DNA of 64,000 nucleotides from Chloroflexota bacterium (GTDB lineage: Bacteria > Chloroflexota > UBA11872 > VXOZ01). The stretch spans positions 640,001-704,000 of the forward strand of contig OY760183.1 of NCBI GenBank assembly GCA_963663275.1. The letters are read 5' to 3'. Below the pieces are notes generated by a model. That model was given only the letters and a program-made list of their open reading frames with translations. It ran no database searches and was not told the DNA's origin. The position numbers were made by a program, and so were the translations under genes. Below are positions 17,636-27,224 of the stretch, piece by piece. Every line of letters begins with the position of its first letter. Position 1 is the stretch's first letter.

Positions 17636-19813
17636 ATGAACGGCCGCGTGGACGTGGAGACCTTGCGCTCGCTGCGGAAGGTCAGTGCGCATGCGCCGGT
17701 GGCGCTCTCTCCCGACGGCGTCCTGGTTGCCTACGGCATCGGCGCCGCGCAGCGGGAAACACCGGACCCGCCTTCCGGGATACTGGCCATGGGGGCGTCC
17801 ACCAGTGTGCTTGGCATCGAAATCTGGATCGCCGACGCGGCGGACGGCACGGCGCGCGCCATAACCCCCGGCTGGGGCAGTAGCTGGGGCCCGCGCTGGT
17901 CGCCGGACGGGCAGTGGCTGGCTTTCTACAGCGACCGCGCCGGCCTGGCGCAGGTCTGGCTCTGGAACCGCGCGACCGGAGAGACCCGCCCGGCGTGCGA
18001 CGAACCGGTGTGCATGGCGTTTGAGTTCGAACAACTCCACTGGCTGCCGGACAGCGTCCATCTGGTGGCTAAGCTGCGCGCCCCCGGCTGGGACCCGCCC
18101 CAGGAGCGTGAAGAGCAAGAGGTCGGCAGCGGACGGGAAATCTGGGAGTCGCCGCCGCCCAAGATCGAGCGGCGTTCCGCTGCCGCCGAGGGCTGGCGCT
18201 GGTTCGACGGCAAGCGCGGCGACGTGGGCGTTATCAACGTGGAGACTGGCGCGGCGCGGCGCTTGGGCACGGAAATCTTCCCCTATTACTTTGCGCCGTC
18301 CCCCGATGGGCGCTTCGTGGCCGCGATGACCGTGGCGGCTTCTAAGGGCTTCGACCTGCGCCTCATGGCCGTGGACGGCTCGCGCTATGACGTCCTGGCC
18401 GAGGACGTTCCCACCATGTGGGGCGCTTTCTCCTGGTCGCCCCATAGCGACGCGCTTGCGTTTACCACCTACGGCGATGGGCCGGGCCAGCTTGTCCTCG
18501 TCTCGCTGGACGGCGCGCGGCGCGTGCTCCACGACGGCGGCGCGGTTGACTTTGCCAGCGAGGAGCCATACCCGCCGCCGCTCTGGTCGCCGGACGGCGA
18601 GACCGTCTACTGCGGAAACTTTCGGGACGTCTATGCCGTAACCCTCGCCACGGGCGACATGGAAAACATAACCCAGGACCTGGAACACCATACCGTGTGG
18701 GGGTGCATCAGCACGCTGGGCCGCAATACGGTCAATGACGGCGGCCGCCCCGGTACCGTGCTCGTCCTGGCGCAAGACCGGCAGACCAAGCGCCAGGGGA
18801 TCTACCGGGTCGGCAACGGCCGCCCGGAAGTGGTGCTGCCTGAGCGGCAGCGCCACCTGATCAACCTGATGCTCTACGGCGATAGCAACCGCCGGCACGT
18901 GGTTGGCCCAATCGAATCCGCCGCGCAGCCCCCCGACCTCTTTCGCATTGCCATTGCGTCCGGTGAGGAGCAGCGGGTTACGCGGCTCAACCCGGCGCTT
19001 GAAGGCGTGTCATGGGGCACCGCCAGGCTGCTCGACCACAAGGGTGCCGATGGTGAGGCGTTACAAGGAGCGGTGCTGCTCCCGGCCGGATATCAGCCCG
19101 GCGTCCGCTATCCCACGATCGTCAGCGTGGGCCTGGGCACAGGCGGCTCTGGATTTGTCAATAACTTCGAGTGGGATAGCCTCGGCTTCATCGAACTGCA
19201 CGCCTTGACCACCCGGGGCTACGTCGTAATAGTGCCGTCTAACCCACGTCGCACCCCAGACGTGGCCGCTGAAGTAACCGCTCAGACCGTGAACGCCCTG
19301 GATGCGGCGGTGGCGGCCGGTTACGCCGATCCGGAGCGGGCGGGCGTGATGGGGCATAGCCGCGGCGGGTACAGCGCCTGCTGCGTGGTGACGCGCACCG
19401 ACCGCTTCCGGGCGGCCGTCGCCGGCGCGCCGATTACCAATTTCTTCAGCTTTGGCTTGTCCGTTTCCGGCAACGAGATGACGCCCTGGGAACAGACGGT
19501 CGGGTACGTCTTCCACCTGCGCAATACCTTGTGGGAAGCGCGGGAACAGTGGCTGGAGAACTCGCCGGCGCTCTACTGCGATCAGGTCGAGACGCCGCTG
19601 CTTCTCATCTGCGGCACTGCCGATGAGCCCCTCATGGCGCAAGCCGAAGAGATGTACGGCGGCCTGCGCCAGCTCGGCAAGCGGGCCGTCCTCGCGCGGT
19701 ACCACGGCGAAGGCCACGCGGTAGGCGAATGGTCGGCGGAGAACGCGCAAGATTGCTGGGACCGCATCATCGGCTGGTTCGAGCAATACGTGAAAGGCGC
19801 GGCGGCGGAGTAA
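17636..19813 (+). CDS. S9-family prolyl oligopeptidase / acylaminoacyl peptidase
   Basis: WSPDG propeller repeats, GHSRGG nucleophile, G..D and EGH triad residues. Confidence 0.9.
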   Translation: MNGRVDVETLRSLRKVSAHAPVALSPDGVLVAYGIGAAQRETPDPPSGILAMGASTSVLGIEIWIADAADGTARAITPGWGSSWGPRWSPDGQWLAFYSDRAGLAQVWLWNRATGETRPACDEPVCMAFEFEQLHWLPDSVHLVAKLRAPGWDPPQEREEQEVGSGREIWESPPPKIERRSAAAEGWRWFDGKRGDVGVINVETGAARRLGTEIFPYYFAPSPDGRFVAAMTVAASKGFDLRLMAVDGSRYDVLAEDVPTMWGAFSWSPHSDALAFTTYGDGPGQLVLVSLDGARRVLHDGGAVDFASEEPYPPPLWSPDGETVYCGNFRDVYAVTLATGDMENITQDLEHHTVWGCISTLGRNTVNDGGRPGTVLVLAQDRQTKRQGIYRVGNGRPEVVLPERQRHLINLMLYGDSNRRHVVGPIESAAQPPDLFRIAIASGEEQRVTRLNPALEGVSWGTARLLDHKGADGEALQGAVLLPAGYQPGVRYPTIVSVGLGTGGSGFVNNFEWDSLGFIELHALTTRGYVVIVPSNPRRTPDVAAEVTAQTVNALDAAVAAGYADPERAGVMGHSRGGYSACCVVTRTDRFRAAVAGAPITNFFSFGLSVSGNEMTPWEQTVGYVFHLRNTLWEAREQWLENSPALYCDQVETPLLLICGTADEPLMAQAEEMYGGLRQLGKRAVLARYHGEGHAVGEWSAENAQDCWDRIIGWFEQYVKGAAAE

Positions 19814-19880
19814 CCCAATTCTCTTGTATTCATCAAGAGCAGCGCATTCACCGCGCGGCGTTCCGTTAGGCGTTCCGGCA

Positions 19881-20041
19881 GCGCAGTTTGCTCCAGTGTG
19901 CAGTTTGCTCCAGTGTGCAGTTTGCTCCAGTGTGCAGTTTGTTCCGGTGCGCAGCCTGTTCCGGTAGCGTAGTCTGTTCCGGTAGCGCAGTTTGCTCCGG
20001 TGCGCAGTCTGTTCCGGTAGCGCAGGTTTGTAACCTGCGCC
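19881..20041. repeat. About 8 tandem 17-18-bp units ending in an intact REP-G (20017-20040)
   Basis: Units such as GCAGTTTGCTCCAGTGT grade into GTAGCGCAGGTTTGTAACCTGCGC. Confidence 0.85.
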
Positions 20042-20196
20042 GGTTGAAGCCGCTTGAAATCGAAGGCGTTTGCGCACTCTCCCTTCGCGTTGCTGGGCAG
20101 AGCGTCCCAATCGGCATGGCGCCCCAAGAGGAATCCTTGCGCCGAAGAGGTGAAGGGGACTCGTGTTCTCTCGCTGGAGACCTTTGCATACCTCCG

Positions 20197-21207
20197 TCAT
20201 TCCGGCGAAAGCCGGAAGGTGGATTCACATTTCAAGTGCAACACCTGGTTGATGAATACTTCGGCTGGCGTTTGGAAGTCAAGACACTTGCGCGGGGTGT
20301 GGTTGTAGGCGTGGACCAGTTGCGCAAAGCGTTGTTGGCTCACCTGTGCCAGGTCGGTCTTGCGCGGCAGCCGGCGCCGCAGGCGGCCGATGGCGTTCTC
20401 GATGCCCCCTTTCTGCCAGGGCGAGTGGGTATCGCAGAAGAAGGTTTGGATGCCCAAGTCATGGAGGCGGTAATGCTGTGCGAACTCCGTGCCATTGTCG
20501 AACGTGACGGTCTGGCTGCACGCTGGGGGCAGCGCGGCGAACAGGTCGTGCAGGATAGTGGCGATCGGCGCTGCCGCCTTGCCGGGCGGTCGCGCGGCCA
20601 GCAACAGGCGCGAGTGGCGCTCGTGCAGGGTCAAGACTGCTTGACCGTAGGTGCGAAAGAGCATCAGGTCCGCCTCCCAGTGGCCGGGCGTTTGGCGGTC
20701 TGCCGCCGCCTGGGGCCGTTCTGCCAGCGGTCGGCGCTGGGCAATGAACGAGGCCGGACTGCCGCCCTTTCGCCCGCGCCAGCCCCGTTTGGACTTGGCG
20801 CGCGGCAGGTAATGCCGCCAGTTACCGTCCTTCGTGCGCGCCTGCTGCCCGTAGATGAAGCGATAGATGGTCTCGTGAGAGACGACCGGCGCGCCGTTCT
20901 CCCGCGCCAAACGTCCGGATACCTGCTCCGGCGACCAACAATCCCGCAAGTATCCCAACACCACCTCCCGCAACTCGGCATCCCGCTCCAGCTTGCTGCC
21001 GCGCCAGCACCGCGCCCACGCCTGATCATCGGCATACTTTGGCTCATAGCCTGCCGATTGCGATCCATTTCGTTTCACCTCCCGCGAAATCGTCGATGGC
21101 GCGCGACCCAGAGTTGCAGCGATTTGCCGGTGCGAGGTTCTCGCGGTGAGAAGTCGGGCAATTTCACACCGCTCTTCAATGGTAAGTTGTGTGTATTGTT
21201 TTCCCAT
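20197..21207 (-). CDS. IS30-family DDE transposase
   Basis: GRAPSTISREVKRN, SHETIY, GHWEAD, TFDNGTEF, PWQKG.IEN, NHTPRKCL. Confidence 0.95.
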   Translation of the reverse strand: MGKQYTQLTIEERCEIARLLTARTSHRQIAATLGRAPSTISREVKRNGSQSAGYEPKYADDQAWARCWRGSKLERDAELREVVLGYLRDCWSPEQVSGRLARENGAPVVSHETIYRFIYGQQARTKDGNWRHYLPRAKSKRGWRGRKGGSPASFIAQRRPLAERPQAAADRQTPGHWEADLMLFRTYGQAVLTLHERHSRLLLAARPPGKAAAPIATILHDLFAALPPACSQTVTFDNGTEFAQHYRLHDLGIQTFFCDTHSPWQKGGIENAIGRLRRRLPRKTDLAQVSQQRFAQLVHAYNHTPRKCLDFQTPAEVFINQVLHLKCESTFRLSPE

Positions 21208-21251
21208 GGCAACACCTTAGCAAAGTGTTGCACTTCGTTTGTGAGTCTAGG
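20218..21251 (-). mobile_element. IS30-family insertion sequence
   Basis: Imperfect ~27-bp IRs sharing AAGTGCAACAC; 3-bp duplication GAA on both sides. Confidence 0.88.
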
Positions 21252-21328
21252 GAATCCAGACCGCTTCTACAACTAAACATAGCATGATGTCAATTCATTG
21301 TACCCCCATCTCAACCTTCCCCCTCGAT

Positions 21329-21479
21329 GGCTGATAAGGGTATGAAAGTGTCATTCCGAGCGGAGCGAGGAATCTAGTAATGATGAAATTGCAGGGTAGC
21401 GCCTTAGATTCCTCTCTCCGCTGCGCTCCATTCGGAATGACACGTGAAGTGGACTATAGAATGCCTACCCCTATCAGCC
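21329..21479. mobile_element. Family-F MITE (151 bp) with 6-bp target duplication CTCGAT
   Basis: GGCTGATA...TATCAGCC ends; CTCGAT at 21323-21328 and 21480-21485. Confidence 0.85.
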
Positions 21480-21691
21480 CTCGATGGAGAAGGGGTTATG
21501 CAAAGGTCTCCGCCTGTAATCACGGTCAGAGGCTTCCTCAAGGGACGCACAATGATACTATACGGAGAGTGCCGCGGACTATCGGGTCTATGCAGCCGTG
21601 GCGCGACCGGCAAGAGCGTCCAATCGGGCACGTCGATTGAGCAACCAGGACGCTCAGCGAACAGACACCCGCACGTAAGGATTGAGCACGC

Positions 21692-23017
21692 ATGAAGACT
21701 GTGTCTGAGGCAGCAGCCTCCCAAGAAGAACTCCTCGCGAAGAGCCGGCAACTCTTTCCCGGCGGCTCGTCGGGCTTGTGGCGGCTGCCGGACGAGTATC
21801 AGATCGTGGTCACCCACGGGCGCGGCAGCCGCGTGTGGGACATGACCGGCCGGGAGTACATCGACTGCATCCTGGGCTCCGGGCCGGTTCTCGTCGGCCA
21901 CGCCCATCCGGCGGTGGTGGCGGCGGTGCAGGCGCAGGCGGCCCAGGGCGCGACCTACTTCCTGCTGAACGAACCGGCCATTCGCCTGGCGGAAATGGTG
22001 GTGGATGCCGTGCCCTGCGCCGAGCAGATTCGCTTTGTGAGCACCGGCACCGAGGCAACCTTCTACGCGATTCGCATCGCCCGCGCCTACACCGGCCGCA
22101 ACAAGGTGCTGAAGTTCGAAGGCGCGCTCCACGGCGGCAACGACTACGCCACTATGAGCACCGTGCCGCCGCGCACGAGCGACTATCCCCACGGCATCCC
22201 AGACAGCAGCGGCATCCCGCCGCAGGTGCGGGAGCAGGTGCTGATTTCCGAATTCAACAATCTCGACCTGACCCGCGAACTCGTGCATCAACACGGCGAC
22301 GACCTGGCGGCCATCATCATGGAGCCGCTCCAGCGGGCGCTGAATCCGGAACCGGGTTTCCTGGCAGCGGTGCGCGACCTGGCCCACGAGGTGGGGGCGC
22401 TGCTGATCTTCGACGAAATCGTGACCGGCTTTCGCCTGGCCTGGGGCGGCGCGCAGGAATACTACGGCGTGGAACCGGACCTGGCGGTGCTGGGCAAGGC
22501 GCTGGGCGGCGGCTACTCGCAGGCGGCGGTGGCGGGGCCCGCCAATATCATGGAGGTGGTCTCGTCGGCGATCCGCGGCACGCCGCGCTACGTCTGGATG
22601 GGCGGCACCTTCAGCGGCAATCCCCTGAGCGCGGTGGCCGGCCTGGCGACCCTGGGCGTGCTGCAAGCGGAGGGCAGCTTTGCGCGCCTGCAAGCGATTG
22701 GCGATCAGGTGCGCGCCGGTCTGGAAGCCCTCGGCCGGGAGTTTGGCGAGCCGCTGCAAGCTATCGGCGCGGGACCGCTGCTCCAGGTCTTCTTCGGCGA
22801 GGGCGACCTGCGCACCTACGCCGACTGCCTGAAAACCGATAACGCCAAACGCATCGCCTTCGCCCAGGAACTCCTCCGCGCCGGCATCCTCACCAACCCG
22901 GGCGAAAAGCTCTACTTCTCCCTGGCCCACACCGACGAGGACGTGGGCAAACTCCTGGAAATCGCCCGCGCGGCGCTGAAGACGGTGCAGGAGCAAGAGG
23001 CGAACGGCGCAAGTTGA
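21692..23017 (+). CDS. Class III PLP aminotransferase (glutamate-1-semialdehyde aminomutase-like)
   Basis: STGTEAT, LIFDEIVTGFR, LGKALGGG, GTFSGNP. Confidence 0.88.
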   Translation: MKTVSEAAASQEELLAKSRQLFPGGSSGLWRLPDEYQIVVTHGRGSRVWDMTGREYIDCILGSGPVLVGHAHPAVVAAVQAQAAQGATYFLLNEPAIRLAEMVVDAVPCAEQIRFVSTGTEATFYAIRIARAYTGRNKVLKFEGALHGGNDYATMSTVPPRTSDYPHGIPDSSGIPPQVREQVLISEFNNLDLTRELVHQHGDDLAAIIMEPLQRALNPEPGFLAAVRDLAHEVGALLIFDEIVTGFRLAWGGAQEYYGVEPDLAVLGKALGGGYSQAAVAGPANIMEVVSSAIRGTPRYVWMGGTFSGNPLSAVAGLATLGVLQAEGSFARLQAIGDQVRAGLEALGREFGEPLQAIGAGPLLQVFFGEGDLRTYADCLKTDNAKRIAFAQELLRAGILTNPGEKLYFSLAHTDEDVGKLLEIARAALKTVQEQEANGAS

Positions 23018-23059
23018 AGGAAACGCGGCAGAACAATCACCTACGGCAATGGCGCATCT

Positions 23060-23818
23060 CTAACGCCAGCCGATTACGCGATGTTGTAGCCAAGGGTGGT
23101 GCGACTGATTGACCGGTACTAGCAAAGGGTTCTTAGGGAGAGGTAACTCGATAAGGCCTTTCTTACCTACTGCGTCTGCTAATTCCTGGCTGCATCCGAA
23201 GCTAACCAGGTACACCAAGACACCGCGACTCTTGAGTTCATCGATCATGTCCGCGTAGTCGCCATCTCTGGCGAGAAGCACGAGAACGGTGCGTGACGGG
23301 TCTTGACCGCAGTAGGTCTTACAGTGATGGATGACCTTCTCTTCCAAGTCATCGGTTTCTTCCCATACATCCCAGCCACGGTCTTCTAACGTGTCGTTTG
23401 GGTTGTTGAAACTGAACCCCGGGGTTGCGCGGACGAATGCTTTGAAGGTCCCGAGGTTGGTTGCTGAGAATCTCTCCTCGCACTTCGCTCGCAGCCAAGT
23501 GTCCAATTCGGGCACGTGCTGTACGTGTGCAGCGAGATCCGGAAAGTCCCACACAACCAATAGGCGCGAGCGCTTCACGTTCTTCCTCCTCTTCTTCCTG
23601 AAGAAACTGGGAGTAATGCCTCTTTCCATCGCAACCGAATGAATGGCCGCGAGTGACGCCGCGTCCGGCGTGGTGGCGCCGTTCTCCCACCGGGACACCG
23701 TGTTTGGCGGAACACCCAGCGCACGCGCGAGAGCCGCTTGCGAAAGTCCGAGTCTCTTGCGCAACTCTGCAATGCTCTCTGGGCTAAAGCGGTATTGCAT
23801 CTGCTTTACCGGCGCCAC
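23060..23818 (-). CDS. XRE-type HTH fused to an NYN (LabA/DUF88, PIN-like) domain
   Basis: LGLSQAALARALGVPPNTVSRWE HTH; VVWD...LLARDGDY...S.EL NYN motifs. Confidence 0.7.
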   Translation of the reverse strand: MAPVKQMQYRFSPESIAELRKRLGLSQAALARALGVPPNTVSRWENGATTPDAASLAAIHSVAMERGITPSFFRKKRRKNVKRSRLLVVWDFPDLAAHVQHVPELDTWLRAKCEERFSATNLGTFKAFVRATPGFSFNNPNDTLEDRGWDVWEETDDLEEKVIHHCKTYCGQDPSRTVLVLLARDGDYADMIDELKSRGVLVYLVSFGCSQELADAVGKKGLIELPLPKNPLLVPVNQSHHPWLQHRVIGWR

Positions 23819-23876
23819 TGCTTGCCTCCGTTGGCGGTGAGGATACGGAGTTCACTTGTCGCACTATAGCACATAG

Positions 23877-23930
23877 CTGTAGTTACCACAACAGAACTGT
23901 AGTTGACTTGGGGAGCGTGAATTGGTACAA
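23877..23930 (+). promoter_or_regulatory. Sigma70-like promoter with CTGTAGTT direct repeats in the divergent intergenic region
   Basis: TTGACT (23903)-16 bp-TACAAT (23925) with extended TG; CTGTAGTT at 23877 and 23897. Confidence 0.5.
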
Positions 23931-24118
23931 TGGTCATGAATTGCTGAGGGAGTACGCCCCTGGGAAGAGATGCTTTTCTCAGCTTGCAAGGTTGGGGCGA
24001 TTCTTTCGGCAAGCTCTATAGCGGTAAGATATCAATTGTTGCCACGGATTGTCTACACCGGTGCAGCGTGGAGGTTGGCCGGACAGAGAAATGGAGGTTT
24101 GGATTGAATACGCAGGAA

Positions 24119-24853
24119 ATGCACCCGTTCGAGAAAGTGCTGAACGAACGGTTCGATGGGGTCATCAAGCCAGGGGAACACGATGAGCAGGAGGGCGCGG
24201 CTTGTGCGCTGGAAATGGCAAGTGTAGCGCGTGGACGTTTGCTCAGCGACAAGTCGGGCGATACCGGGTTGCCGACGCTATGGCCGCTTAGCGACGGCCT
24301 CTGCATCTGGCCGGACGACCAGTCCCGCACCCAGCACGTTGTGCCCCTGGTCAAGGCGCTATGGGGCTGGCCGCAATGGTCGAAGAAGCGGCGGGCGGAT
24401 TGGAAACGGCGCGTAATCCGGCGCACCATCCAAGAAGTGCTGCCCTGCGTTCTCCGCCCGATCGGGCTTGAGGCCGAGGCTGACCGCTGCGCGCAGGACG
24501 GAACGAAAGATGCGGTTGACGCAGCCCGCGAAGCAGCGGATGCGGCCGCCACAGCCGCCCGCAAAGCGGCAGATAGTTTCCGCATGTTGGACGCAGTACG
24601 CGCGAGGGAAGCCGCTGGATACATGGCTAAAGCTGCCAGCAAGAGAGAAGACTTCGATATAGCGTATGCCGCCTACAACGTTGCTTTTGCTGCCGGTCTT
24701 ATCACCAGAAGCCGCGCCGTAGCTGCTGGCGACCCCGATGTGGACACTGCCAACCCCATAGCTTCCGGCGTTAGCGCGGTAAATGTCCTATCGCTGGCCT
24801 GCCGCATCTGGCGTGAAGAAGCCGAGCGCAAACCACAACTAAAGGCAAACTAA
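24119..24853 (+). CDS. Hypothetical Ala-rich protein resembling uncharacterised phage/MGE proteins (start uncertain)
   Basis: Long ORF with ACALEMASVARG...SD N-terminal motif followed by Ala-rich helices. Confidence 0.55.
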   Translation: MHPFEKVLNERFDGVIKPGEHDEQEGAACALEMASVARGRLLSDKSGDTGLPTLWPLSDGLCIWPDDQSRTQHVVPLVKALWGWPQWSKKRRADWKRRVIRRTIQEVLPCVLRPIGLEAEADRCAQDGTKDAVDAAREAADAAATAARKAADSFRMLDAVRAREAAGYMAKAASKREDFDIAYAAYNVAFAAGLITRSRAVAAGDPDVDTANPIASGVSAVNVLSLACRIWREEAERKPQLKAN

Positions 24854-25006
24854 GCGCCTTGCCTGAAGTGGAGTGATCGGACTTAGGTCCGCCGTTTCGC
24901 GCCATGCTTGCCCAATGCGCTGACACGGGGCGGCGGAGAATAGGCGCCCGCGCTTAACCCTTCATTGCGTTAAGCTCTCAAGGCCTCCAGGCTAGGCGAC
25001 GTTCTT

Positions 25007-25657
25007 CTATTGCTTAGGTAGGCTCTCGCAGGCGGCGCCGTCTTTGTCCGTGTCGAGCTTGTTTGGGTCCGATTTGTCCGCATCCAGCACGGCTTGGGCC
25101 TGCCATTGAAACTCGAAGTCCCCGCAGTTGTACTTGTCTCCTTGACCGAGGTACGGTTGCGGGTCGAAGTCGCTTGGCGGCGTAGTGGTAGGCGTTGGCG
25201 GCGGTGGCGGAGCGTCCGGCGCGGGTGTGGGCGAAGGCAGCGGTGTCGGTGAAGCGGCAGGCGCGGATGGTGGCGTCGGATCGGGGGTTGGCGCCGGAAG
25301 TGGTGACGGAGTTGCCGTCGGCGCAGGTGGAGCGGTTGGCCTGGGCGGTGGAATAGCGGTGGGCCTGGGAGACGGCGCCGGCGCAGGACGAACGGCCGTT
25401 GGCGCGGGCGGCCCGGCGGTGGGCGCGGGCGCGGGCGTAACCGTCGGCGCGCCGGTAGCGGTAATATCGGAAAGCAGCACGGGCGTAGCGGTAGCTTCCC
25501 TGCCGGGGGCAACGGCAGCCGGAGCGTTTTCCTCATCCCCGCCGCACGCCAGCGCGGCGGCGCAGACGGCAACCAGGAAGAGATGCCGCAGGCCGCCAAC
25601 CGGCGCCAGCCGGCGCGCGCCAAACCGGCAACCGGGGACTATGCGCGCAACGTCCAC
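25007..25657 (-). CDS. Lipoprotein with Pro/Thr-rich linker and C-terminal Excalibur-like Ca-binding domain
   Basis: Lipobox LAC; NCGDF...[11 protein letters not shown]. Confidence 0.8.
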   Translation of the reverse strand: MDVARIVPGCRFGARRLAPVGGLRHLFLVAVCAAALACGGDEENAPAAVAPGREATATPVLLSDITATGAPTVTPAPAPTAGPPAPTAVRPAPAPSPRPTAIPPPRPTAPPAPTATPSPLPAPTPDPTPPSAPAASPTPLPSPTPAPDAPPPPPTPTTTPPSDFDPQPYLGQGDKYNCGDFEFQWQAQAVLDADKSDPNKLDTDKDGAACESLPKQ

Positions 25658-25731
25658 GCGCCCTTACCGCCCTGGAGACGCAGGCGAGGTTCCGGCGCGC
25701 GGCATTCCGAAGCGGGCAATGCTATTCATGC

Positions 25732-25875
25732 CTAGCGCAGGGTCTTGCGCATGGCGCGGCCCGCCGCTTTGCCCGCCACTCGGCGCGCGACGCGCTGTCC
25801 GATGCGCCCTCTGCGCACGGCGTTCACGTCGCCAAGCAGCCGCGCCAGCCAGTAGAGGAAAGACCGTATCTTCAT
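25732..25875 (-). CDS. Small basic hypothetical protein (47 aa)
   Basis: RSFLYWLARLLGDVNAV...RRVAGKAAGR resembles a small-protein family recalled from memory. Confidence 0.6.
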   Translation of the reverse strand: MKIRSFLYWLARLLGDVNAVRRGRIGQRVARRVAGKAAGRAMRKTLR

Positions 25876-26018
25876 CTGAAACCCTTGTTGCGACATACTC
25901 CCAGCGAGAAAGTGTACCATATAAATGCCCGCACAGGAATGTCACGCGCATGGGCTAGCCAAAGCCGGCAGTCGCACGCGACGTCGCCAAGTCTCTCCGG
26001 GAACTAGGGGGTGTTGCC

Positions 26019-26354
26019 ATGATGGAGTACAAGGGCTACGTTGCCACGGTCGAATTCGATGATTCGGTGGGACTGCTTCATGGAGCGGTTGTCAACGCGG
26101 GGCCCTATCCGATTGCCACGTGCGAAGCCGCTGACGTGGAGGGGCTGGAGCGCGAGTTTCGCATCTCGGTCGATGAGTACCTGGCCTCGTGCGCGGAGGA
26201 TGGAATCGAGCCGCGCAAGCCATTCTCCGGCACGCTGACCCTGCGCATGGGGACCGAACTGCATCAGCGCGTGGCGGTCACAGCGCGGCAGAGCGGGATG
26301 AGCATCGAAGAGTGGATCAAGCAGGTGCTTGCGGAGAACGTGCAGGGCGCGTGA
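26019..26354 (+). CDS. hicB: HicB-family antitoxin (no hicA adjacent)
   Basis: MEYKGYVATVEFD...SVDEYLASC...PRKPFSG.L.LR..ELH. Confidence 0.88.
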   Translation: MMEYKGYVATVEFDDSVGLLHGAVVNAGPYPIATCEAADVEGLEREFRISVDEYLASCAEDGIEPRKPFSGTLTLRMGTELHQRVAVTARQSGMSIEEWIKQVLAENVQGA

Positions 26355-26791
26355 ATACACGGCCACGTTTATGTGTGGGGTTTGCAGCGCCGTCAGCCTC
26401 CGCCGGTTCTACCGCAGTCTCGTCACTGTTCCCCTCACTCTTTCGTGACAGTTCATCGCTACCTGCCATGTGGGAGACTCCTGATCAGGTAGTTCTCAAC
26501 GTCGCGCACTATGACGGATTCTATGTAAGGCACAAGCAAGCGGGAAAGTAGCATCGCCGCTTGTTCTTCCGACAGAGTGCCATTCCGCATCAACTTGGCG
26601 ACGACGCTAACGCCATCGCTGAAGGATTCGTCGGGAGAGTCGGGAGGGAAATCGTCAGCATAGCGCGATTCCACCGGCTGCCCGGTCTTGACAGAGTCAG
26701 GGCTTTTGATGCCCATTTCGCATCTCCCTATCACGAGGTACCGCTTCGGGACACGCCCGTTTCATCCTCTCGGCACGCTGCGCGGGCCAAT

Positions 26792-27157
26792 CTAGGAAGC
26801 GGCTGGCAGAGCGCCTTTGGCCACGTTGGCCAGTTCGGCAAAGGCGGCGCTGTCTGCCACGGCCAGGTCTGCCAGCATCTTGCGGTCCAGGGTGACGTTG
26901 GCTTCGCGGAGGCCGTGCATGAAGGCGCTGTAGGAGAGGCCGTTTTGGCGGGCGGCGGCGTTGATGCGCACGATCCAGAGGCGGCGCATCTCGCGCTTGC
27001 GGGTGCGGCGGTGGCGGTAGGCGAACGCCATGCCGCGCATCACGGCCTCGTTGGCGCTCTTGAAGAGGCGGCTGCGGCCGCCCCAGTAGCCTTCCGCGCG
27101 TTTCAGGACTTTCTTGTGGCGTTTGTGGGCGGTTACGCCGCGTTTTACTCGGGGCAT
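26792..27157 (-). CDS. rplT: 50S ribosomal protein L20
   Basis: MPRVKRGV...[13 protein letters not shown]...[10 protein letters not shown]. Confidence 0.98.
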   Translation of the reverse strand: MPRVKRGVTAHKRHKKVLKRAEGYWGGRSRLFKSANEAVMRGMAFAYRHRRTRKREMRRLWIVRINAAARQNGLSYSAFMHGLREANVTLDRKMLADLAVADSAAFAELANVAKGALPAAS

Positions 27158-27224
27158 GGTTGCTCTCTACTCTGTTGGTGATGGCTGCGGTTCGTCTGAT
27201 TTTCCGGCGGACGCTAACGTGAAC

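Larger units (their letters stand above)
20176..21511. mobile_element. 142-bp GGAGACCTTTGCA-ended MITE interrupted by an IS30 element and a family-F MITE
   Basis: 1336 bp minus (1034+3) minus (151+6) = 142 bp, equal to the three intact copies. Confidence 0.85.

Noticed and set aside
20118-20178. GCGCCGAAG...CTCTC resembling a glycine riboswitch
   Set aside because: Lacks the GGAGA and CTCTCAGG core pairing; too partial to call without a covariance model search.
19888-21276. 462-aa plus-strand ORF across the IS30
   Set aside because: Antisense to the transposase and starts within a tandem repeat.
26459-26734. 91-aa ORF downstream of rplT
   Set aside because: No recognisable motif and competing overlapping frames; not listed as a feature.
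23040-26760. Prophage or integrated element
   Set aside because: No integrase, att repeats or structural genes; only an accessory patch.
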